A stretch of 64,000 nucleotides of DNA. Source: Bacteroidia bacterium (GTDB taxonomy: Bacteria; Bacteroidota; Bacteroidia; UKL13-3). The stretch spans positions 5,603 through 69,602 of the forward strand of contig JAGVLJ010000016.1 of the NCBI GenBank assembly GCA_020049855.1. The letters are read 5' to 3'. This document shows, one piece after another, positions 57,133-64,000 of this stretch. The position numbers and the translations under genes were made by a program. The notes below the pieces were generated by a model. That model worked only from the letters and a program-made list of their open reading frames with translations. It did no database searches and had not been told where the DNA came from. Positions within the stretch are counted from its first letter, which is position 1. The number at the start of each line of letters is the position of its first letter.

Positions 57133-58574
57133 AAAAATACATGTATAGATCACTCCTCTCCTTTTTATTTTCTGCCCTCTTTTGGCAACAGACACTGGCA
57201 CAAAAAGACACCAGCATGAACTTTAGCCTGAAGCAGGCAGTGGAGTATGCCAAAAGCAATAGCTATATAGTGAAAAATGCAAAACTTGATGAAAAAAATG
57301 CGAAAGCTAAAGTAAAAGAAACGCTTGCCACTGGTTTGCCGCAGGTAAATGGCGCAGTAAATTTCAATAAAAATTTCCAACTTACTCCCTTCTATTTTAA
57401 CCTTAATCTTTCAAGTTTTACCAATTCCCTCACTCCGGCCTATGAAGCCCTACTTAAAGGCGGTCTAATTGATACTGCAACATTGTTAGGCTTATCATCA
57501 TCGCCAGGTGAAAAAGGATCAGTAACGAGAGCAGGTGCAAATATTACCGGTAATGCCAATATTACCGTAAATCAGTTGTTGTTCGATGGCTCCTATCTGG
57601 TAGGATTACAAGCCTCAAAAGAATTTGTAAAGCTATCCCAACAATTTTCAGCTAAAACAGAACAGGATGCCGAAATTAATGTCTCCAAATCATATTATCT
57701 GGTTTTGATTGCTGAAGAAAATATTTCGCTGCTTGAAAGTAATCTGTCGCAATTAGAGAAAACATTAAAAGACACCCGAGCTTTATATGTCAATGGCTTT
57801 GTTGAAAAAACAGATGTTGACCGATTGGAACTAGCTGTGTCGAATCTGAAACTGCAGAGAGATAAACTGCACGACCAAAAAGAAATTGCAACTAAACTGC
57901 TAAAAATGCAAATGGGCATTCAAGTAAATGAGCCAATTTATTTAACTGATAAACTCGAAGACTTATACAAAAACAACCTCGTGCTTACCGAAAAAGTTAC
58001 CCCTAACCCTTCAAACCGAATCGAGTACCAGCTACTAAATCAACAAGTGTATTTGAATAAATTAAATATGAAACGTTACCGCACAGGTTTTTTACCTACC
58101 CTTTCTGCCGTTTACAATATTGCTGGAAGCTCGTACCGCGATGCTAACTTTAATCCGCTTACCAAATTTGGCTGGTATTCATCTTCATTTGTAGGAGTCA
58201 GTATGAGTGTTCCACTATTTGACGGATTCAGAAAACAGTCGTGGATGCAACAAACGCATATTACCTTAGACAAACTCGAAAACGACAAAAAGAATTTTGA
58301 AAATGCAGTAGCCCTTGAAACTTATCAGGCACAAACCAATTATGAGAGTTCCATAAAACAAACTGAAATACGTAAAAGCAATATGAAACTGGCCGAAAAT
58401 ATTTATGCAAGCGTAAGCGCAAAATTCAAGAACGGGGTGGGCTCTTCATTTGAGCTAACACAGGCCGAAACCGAACTAAAAACAGCTCAAATAAATTACC
58501 TTACGGCTATTTACGATTTAATGGTAGCTCGCATTGAATTAAATAAAGCTCTGGGAAAACCTGTTTTAAATTAA
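57129..58574 (+). CDS. TolC-family outer-membrane efflux protein
   Basis: Signal peptide; SLKQAVEYA, LPQVNG, QLLFDGSY and VPLFDGF. Confidence 0.93.
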   Translation: MKKYMYRSLLSFLFSALFWQQTLAQKDTSMNFSLKQAVEYAKSNSYIVKNAKLDEKNAKAKVKETLATGLPQVNGAVNFNKNFQLTPFYFNLNLSSFTNSLTPAYEALLKGGLIDTATLLGLSSSPGEKGSVTRAGANITGNANITVNQLLFDGSYLVGLQASKEFVKLSQQFSAKTEQDAEINVSKSYYLVLIAEENISLLESNLSQLEKTLKDTRALYVNGFVEKTDVDRLELAVSNLKLQRDKLHDQKEIATKLLKMQMGIQVNEPIYLTDKLEDLYKNNLVLTEKVTPNPSNRIEYQLLNQQVYLNKLNMKRYRTGFLPTLSAVYNIAGSSYRDANFNPLTKFGWYSSSFVGVSMSVPLFDGFRKQSWMQQTHITLDKLENDKKNFENAVALETYQAQTNYESSIKQTEIRKSNMKLAENIYASVSAKFKNGVGSSFELTQAETELKTAQINYLTAIYDLMVARIELNKALGKPVLN

Positions 58575-58584
58575 TCAAAAAATT

Positions 58585-59754
58585 ATGAATTATAATACAA
58601 ATATTACCTCAATGAAATCAAATATAAACTACATACTTTCAGGCTTTGCTCTTATCGGTATGTTTGCCCTCAATTCATGCGGAAGCAAGAATTCGCTCGA
58701 CCAGAAGAAGAAGGAACTAGAAAAACTTAAAAGCGAGCAAACATTGCTGAATGAAAAAATTAAAAAACTGGTTGCCGATATTTCTATACTTGATACCACT
58801 GCCGTAAAAAGCCATAGAGAAAAAATTGTTGCCGTAACTAAAATTGAACAAAGCTATTTTCAACATAGCATTGATGTACAAGGCCGCGTTGACGGTGATG
58901 AAAACATTGCCATCAGTGCCAAAATGGGTGGGCCCGTAACTCGTTTAAATGTTCGCGTGGGCGATATGGTTCACAAAGACCAGATACTTGCCGAAATTGA
59001 CAATAAACTGGTACGTACACAAATTGCCGATATAAAAGATAAACTGGCACTTGCTACCGATTTATACAATAAACAAAAAAACTTATGGGATCAGAAAATT
59101 GGTACTGAAGTACAATACCTTCAAGCCAAAAATCAGAAGGAAAGCTTAGAAAATGCGCTGGCCACCCTAAACGAAAATCTGGATATGTACCTGATTAAGT
59201 CTCCCATTAGCGGAACGATTGATAACCTTACTATCAAACTGGGTCAATCGGTAGCACCAGGCATGCCCTGCATACAGGTAGTAAATTTTGGCAGCCTTAA
59301 AGTAAAAGCCGATTTATCTGAATCCTATTCGGCCAATGTAGATCAAGGAGACGATGCCGAAATAGTATTTCCGGATATTAACCGCACCCTTAAATCTAAA
59401 GTTGATTACGTAGCCAAAGCCATTAACCCCATGACCCGAACATTTGGAGTGGAGATAACGCTTCCGTCCGATAATAATTTTCGCCCGAATATGGTGGCCG
59501 TAGTACGCATTGTTGATTACAAAAAAACAAATGCTCTGGTGATACCCATTAATGCCATTCAAACTGCCGATGGAAAGCAATACGTTTTTGTAGCGGTTCA
59601 AAAAGGTAAAACCATTGTAGCCCAAAAACGTGATGTAAAAGCCGGGCCAATGTACAATGGGAAAGCAGAAATAATTGAAGGATTAAATCCCGGAGATCAG
59701 TTGATAAGTACCGGTTATCAGGACTTGAACGATAACGAAATAATTCGTTTCTAA
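58585..59754 (+). CDS. RND efflux periplasmic adaptor (lipoprotein; start may be 58612)
   Basis: LNSC lipobox; V.VGD.V.KDQ.LA, IKSPISG and RTF.VE. Confidence 0.93.
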   Translation: MNYNTNITSMKSNINYILSGFALIGMFALNSCGSKNSLDQKKKELEKLKSEQTLLNEKIKKLVADISILDTTAVKSHREKIVAVTKIEQSYFQHSIDVQGRVDGDENIAISAKMGGPVTRLNVRVGDMVHKDQILAEIDNKLVRTQIADIKDKLALATDLYNKQKNLWDQKIGTEVQYLQAKNQKESLENALATLNENLDMYLIKSPISGTIDNLTIKLGQSVAPGMPCIQVVNFGSLKVKADLSESYSANVDQGDDAEIVFPDINRTLKSKVDYVAKAINPMTRTFGVEITLPSDNNFRPNMVAVVRIVDYKKTNALVIPINAIQTADGKQYVFVAVQKGKTIVAQKRDVKAGPMYNGKAEIIEGLNPGDQLISTGYQDLNDNEIIRF

Positions 59755-59788
59755 CAAAGGCTTTCAACCATTAATAAATTTAAAAGCC

Positions 59789-62700
59789 ATGCACGATACC
59801 CAAAAAGAATTTAAGGCCTCCAGCTGGGCTATTGACAATAAAACCAGCGTATATATTCTTACCTTCATTATTACCCTTGCGGGAATTTTTTCATACAACA
59901 GTTTACCTAAGGAACAATTTCCAGAGGTAAAATTCCCGAGCATTCTGGTTACTACCGTGTACCCTGGAACCACCCCAACCGATATGGAAAATTTGGTAAC
60001 CAAACAAATTGAAAAACAACTGAAAGTTCTTTCAGGTGTAAAAAAAGTAACCAGCAACTCGGTTCAGGATTTTTCGGTTATCAATATTGAATTTAATACC
60101 GACCAGAATGTTGACCTTTCGCTGCAACGTGTGAAAGATGCAGTAGATAAAGCTAAAACCGATTTACCAAATAACCTGCCAGCTCCTCCGCAGGTACGAG
60201 ATATTGACGTATCGCAAATGCCCATAATGAATGTACATGTGTACGGAAACTTTCCGCTCGATAAAATGAAAAATTATGCCGATGACCTAAAGGATGAAAT
60301 TGAAGGTCTTCGCGAAATTACACGAGTTGACATGGTAGGTGCACTTGACAGAGAGATACAGGTAAACGTAGACATGTATAAAGCCCAAGTAAGTGATATT
60401 ACACTCGATGATGTGATTCGCGCTATTGGTTCCGAGAACATAAATATTTCGGGCGGGCTGGTAAACATGGACGGCCTTAAACGCTCTATAAGTGTAAAAG
60501 GACAGTATGTTGATCCGCTCAAAATTGGCGATATTGTAATTCGAGGTCAATCAGGAGCCACTGTTTACCTAAAAGACATTGCTGAAATAAAAGATGCTTT
60601 TAAAGAAAAAGAAAGTTACGCCCGCTTAGATCATGCCAACGTAATTTCCTTAAACGTAATCAAGAAAAGCGGGGAGAACCTGATTGAGGCTTCGGACAAA
60701 ATCCGTGAAATATGCGAGCGTAAACAACGTGGCGAATTTCCGGCAGCCCTAAAAGTAACCATCACCGGTGATCAATCTGATAAAACACGTGTTACCCTGC
60801 ACGACTTGATAAATACAATTGTTATCGGGTTTGTGCTCGTGACTATTATCCTTATGTTTTTTATGGGAACCACCAACGCCATTTTTGTAGCTATGTCGGT
60901 TCCACTCTCCTGTTTTGTGGCTTTTTTGGTATTCCCCGCCATTGGTTTTAAACTAAATTTTATTGTACTTTTTTCTTTCCTACTTGCCTTAGGTATTGTT
61001 GTAGATGATGCCATTGTGGTAATTGAAAACACGCATCGCATTTTTGCCAATGGAAAAGTGCCAATTAAAAAAGCAGCTAAGATGGCCGCAGGCGAAGTAT
61101 TTCTTCCGGTACTGTCAGGAACTATGACCACTCTGGCTCCATTTATTCCATTGGCCTTTTGGCAAGGTGTTATAGGTAAATTTATGTTCTTTCTGCCGGT
61201 AACGCTTATTGTAACCTTACTTGCTTCATTAGTGGTGGCTTATATTATTAACCCTGTATTTGCTGTAGGTTTTATGAAAACCAAAGCCGAAGAAGCCAAA
61301 GCACGTAAAAACAGTAAAGGCTATCGCAAAAGTGCTATCGTGTTTGCAGGTATTTCCCTGCTATCGTATTTGTCCGGCAATTTCGGACTTGGTAACTTTG
61401 TTTTGGTAATATTTGCTCTTTACAGCCTCAATCGGTTTGTGTTCTGGAAATGGATTGAAAAATTCCAGGATAAAATTTGGCCAACCGTACAAAATACATA
61501 TGCCAATATAATGATATGGGCACTGCATGGAAAACGCCCTGCCATGCTTATGCTTTCTACTGTGGGTTTATTTATTTTCAGTATTGTGTTCACCGCTATT
61601 CGTAAACCTGATGTAGTATTTTTCCCTCAGGCCGACCCGAATTTTGTGTATACTTATATCACCATGCCAATTGGTACTGATCAGGCCTACACCGATTCGA
61701 TAACGCACATTGTTGAAGATCGGGTTTACAAAGTAGTGGGCGAAGACAACCCTCTTGTAGAATCTATTATTGCCAACGTATCGGTAGGGGCGGGCGACCC
61801 AAGTCAGTTTGAACAAAACTTTAATGCCAATCCAAATTTGGGTAAAGTTACCGTGGCCTTTGTGGAGTTTGCCAAACGAAACGGGAAATCAACCAGCGTT
61901 TACTTAGATAAAATACGCGAAGCAGTGAAAGGAATTCCAGGAGCCGAAATTTCAGTTGATCAGGAAAAAGGCGGCCCTCCAACAGGGAAACCGATAGCTA
62001 TTGAAATTATTGCCGATGATTTTATACAATTGATTGCCGTATCAAAAGATGTAAAACGTTACCTCGACTCGTTGCAAATTCCGGGAATAGAAGAACTGAA
62101 AAGCGATTTACAAACCAACAAACCCGAGGTAGTGGTAGAGGTTGACCGCGAGCGTGCTAACCGCGAAGGCATCAGTTCGGCCATTGTTGGAATGGAACTT
62201 CGTAAAGCCATTTTCGGGCAAGATCAGGCTTCAAAATTCCGAGATGCCAATGATGAACACAATATTCAGGTGCGCTACCGCGAAGACCAGCGCAATAACC
62301 TGAATGCACTGATGAATTTAAAAATTACCTACCGCGATATGAATATGGGCGGACAAATACGTCAAATCCCTCTTTCATCGGTGGCAAAAATATCGTATGG
62401 CAATACTTACGGAGGCATTAAACGAAAAAACGAAAAGCGAATGGTGACCATATCGTCAAACGTATTGAGTGGTTACACGCCCAATGAAGTGGTGCCACAG
62501 GTGCAGGAGGCGTTAAACAAATACAATGTGCCCACCGGGGTAACCATGAAAATGGGCGGAGAACAAGAAGAACAAAAAGAAACAGGTGCCTTCTTAGGAA
62601 CAGCCATGCTGGTTTCGCTGGGATTAATTTTTCTCATCCTCGTTACACAGTTTAACTCCATCAGTAAACCATTAATAATTCTCAGCGAAATTGTGTTGAG

Positions 62701-63181
62701 TTTAATCGGAGTGCTTATTGGATTCTCACTGTTTAAAATGCAAATATCCATTATTATGACAGGGGTGGGAATTGTGGCATTGGCAGGTATTGTGGTACGA
62801 AACGGAATTTTGTTGGTAGAGTTTACCGAAATTCTACTACACGATGGGATGCCGCTTAAAGAAGCCATTATTGAAGCCGGACGCACCCGTATGACTCCGG
62901 TACTGCTCACTGCATCGGCCACCATACTTGGATTAATCCCATTGGCAGTGGGCTTGAATATTGACTTCGTTACCTTGTTTACCGAATTCAATCCGCATAT
63001 TTTCTTTGGGGGCGATAGCGTAGCTTTCTGGGGCCCGCTCTCCTGGACCATGATTTTCGGGTTGGGTTTTGCGACTTTCCTCACACTCATTCTCGTACCG
63101 GTGATGTTATATATTACCGAAGGAATGAAACTGCGCATTAAAGCCAAAAAAGAGGCTGCGCTGCAACTTGAACATGAATAA
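59789..63181 (+). CDS. RND efflux permease (AcrB/HAE1 family)
   Basis: LPKEQFP, GIVVDDAIVVIEN, RMTPVLLT and LGLIPLA. Confidence 0.96.
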   Translation: MHDTQKEFKASSWAIDNKTSVYILTFIITLAGIFSYNSLPKEQFPEVKFPSILVTTVYPGTTPTDMENLVTKQIEKQLKVLSGVKKVTSNSVQDFSVINIEFNTDQNVDLSLQRVKDAVDKAKTDLPNNLPAPPQVRDIDVSQMPIMNVHVYGNFPLDKMKNYADDLKDEIEGLREITRVDMVGALDREIQVNVDMYKAQVSDITLDDVIRAIGSENINISGGLVNMDGLKRSISVKGQYVDPLKIGDIVIRGQSGATVYLKDIAEIKDAFKEKESYARLDHANVISLNVIKKSGENLIEASDKIREICERKQRGEFPAALKVTITGDQSDKTRVTLHDLINTIVIGFVLVTIILMFFMGTTNAIFVAMSVPLSCFVAFLVFPAIGFKLNFIVLFSFLLALGIVVDDAIVVIENTHRIFANGKVPIKKAAKMAAGEVFLPVLSGTMTTLAPFIPLAFWQGVIGKFMFFLPVTLIVTLLASLVVAYIINPVFAVGFMKTKAEEAKARKNSKGYRKSAIVFAGISLLSYLSGNFGLGNFVLVIFALYSLNRFVFWKWIEKFQDKIWPTVQNTYANIMIWALHGKRPAMLMLSTVGLFIFSIVFTAIRKPDVVFFPQADPNFVYTYITMPIGTDQAYTDSITHIVEDRVYKVVGEDNPLVESIIANVSVGAGDPSQFEQNFNANPNLGKVTVAFVEFAKRNGKSTSVYLDKIREAVKGIPGAEISVDQEKGGPPTGKPIAIEIIADDFIQLIAVSKDVKRYLDSLQIPGIEELKSDLQTNKPEVVVEVDRERANREGISSAIVGMELRKAIFGQDQASKFRDANDEHNIQVRYREDQRNNLNALMNLKITYRDMNMGGQIRQIPLSSVAKISYGNTYGGIKRKNEKRMVTISSNVLSGYTPNEVVPQVQEALNKYNVPTGVTMKMGGEQEEQKETGAFLGTAMLVSLGLIFLILVTQFNSISKPLIILSEIVLSLIGVLIGFSLFKMQISIIMTGVGIVALAGIVVRNGILLVEFTEILLHDGMPLKEAIIEAGRTRMTPVLLTASATILGLIPLAVGLNIDFVTLFTEFNPHIFFGGDSVAFWGPLSWTMIFGLGFATFLTLILVPVMLYITEGMKLRIKAKKEAALQLEHE

Positions 63182-63244
63182 AACGCAGAGGGTAAATTGG
63201 CTCTGTTGTTTATGTTGTTTCTCATATAATAGGTTTAGGTTCCG

Positions 63245-63277
63245 AAAAGTCCCCTTTGAGCAATCAAGGGGCTTTTT
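63245..63277 (+). terminator. Intrinsic terminator after the RND operon
   Basis: AAAAGTCCCCTTTGA-gcaa-TCAAGGGGCTTTTT imperfect hairpin. Confidence 0.75.
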
Positions 63278-63382
63278 GGTTTAAAGGCCAATCTGATTAT
63301 ATAGCCTATGACTAATTTGAATCCAAGTTTGAAGAATCGGATGTTTTTATTAACTTTGATTTACCTTAATAAATAAAATAAT

Positions 63383-63742
63383 ATGTCAACATCAACCACA
63401 CGAAGAAAATTTCTGGAACTACTTGGATTAACAGCCGGAGCTACTATTGCCGGAACTACTGTTTTTGGAAAATCGGTTTCAAATGAGGAGATACTTACCC
63501 TGAATGCCGAAGAGCAGGAATTTATGCTGATGTATGAACGATGGATGGACGAATTTTTAAAAGTGATAAAAATTCAAAAAAACGAGCCCCAAAATATAGA
63601 GAACCATAAACGCATGATAGCACTGACTGAAATAGCTGACGAATGGAAAACGCAGATAAATACCTATATGCAGGACAAAAAATTTGCTACCATTTTCCAT
63701 GCATCCATTGAGCGCATGAAAAATGAAATTCAGAACATTTAA
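63383..63742 (+). CDS. Small hypothetical protein with twin-arginine signal
   Basis: TRRKFL plus hydrophobic stretch; TAACTTTG promoter at 63351-63358. Confidence 0.75.
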   Translation: MSTSTTRRKFLELLGLTAGATIAGTTVFGKSVSNEEILTLNAEEQEFMLMYERWMDEFLKVIKIQKNEPQNIENHKRMIALTEIADEWKTQINTYMQDKKFATIFHASIERMKNEIQNI

Positions 63743-63756
63743 CAGAAAAACCTTAG

Positions 63757-63999
63757 CTAACCCATAACCCAGGTCAGCATATAATTTTCAATAAGCTTAT
63801 ATTGAACAAGGAGTTCCTCGCTTAAACCGCTCGAAGTAAACCGTACCCTTACTTTTCCTTCGTTAGCTACAATAAATGGAGAACATATGATATCTGTTTT
63901 AAACTCTACGTCTTCGTTTTGTCCGTATTTAAAAACTGATTCTTTAATTGACCACAACAACATGAGCACTTGAAAATCGTCAGGGAAACGTAGGCAATT
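63757..63999 (-). CDS. C-terminus of a 4'-phosphopantetheinyl transferase-family protein; runs off the window edge
   Basis: WSIKESVFK (WxxKExxxK motif); frame open to 63999. Confidence 0.75.
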   Translation of the reverse strand, partial: NCLRFPDDFQVLMLLWSIKESVFKYGQNEDVEFKTDIICSPFIVANEGKVRVRFTSSGLSEELLVQYKLIENYMLTWVMG

Positions 64000-64000
64000 C

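Noticed and set aside
62473-63225. 250-aa antisense ORF
   Set aside because: Shadow of the RND permease; no motifs of its own
1-64000. tRNA, rRNA, riboswitch, CRISPR array, prophage or transposase
   Set aside because: None recognisable by eye; an Infernal/tRNAscan-SE run would be needed to exclude small RNAs

Overview
AT-rich chromosomal window from a Bacteroidota bacterium. The assignment rests on TAnnTTTG -7 promoters, the mutY-ssb-gldE-gldD and HU-TPR-bS22-RNase E/G gene order, the long-form PurF and SecDF. Most of the window is housekeeping: fmt, pdxH, hppD-hmgA, purF, a DEAD-box helicase, trhO, icd, exbBD, secDF, udk and a TetR-TolC-MFP-RND efflux operon. I saw no rRNA, tRNA, CRISPR array, phage or transposase. 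The strongest candidate for an undescribed system is the five-gene locus at 16.3-22.8 kb. It encodes a single-domain receiver, a duplicated-TPR/YaiO-type outer-membrane barrel, a LysM-linker-TM-HEAT protein, a processive GT2 synthase (QxxRW) and a convergent membrane-anchored unknown. It looks like a synthase-dependent surface-polysaccharide machine controlled by phosphorelay rather than c-di-GMP. Other points: a probable sulfonolipid cysteate acyltransferase (SulA/CapB type); a 29-aa bS22 ribosomal protein gene missed by the ORF track; a nucleoside phosphorylase split at an in-phase A_AAA_AAG -1 slippery site; several decayed pseudogenes, including an ECF sigma; REP-like palindromes; and divergent genes only 9 bp apart. 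All family assignments come from motif recognition and recall, not from database searches.
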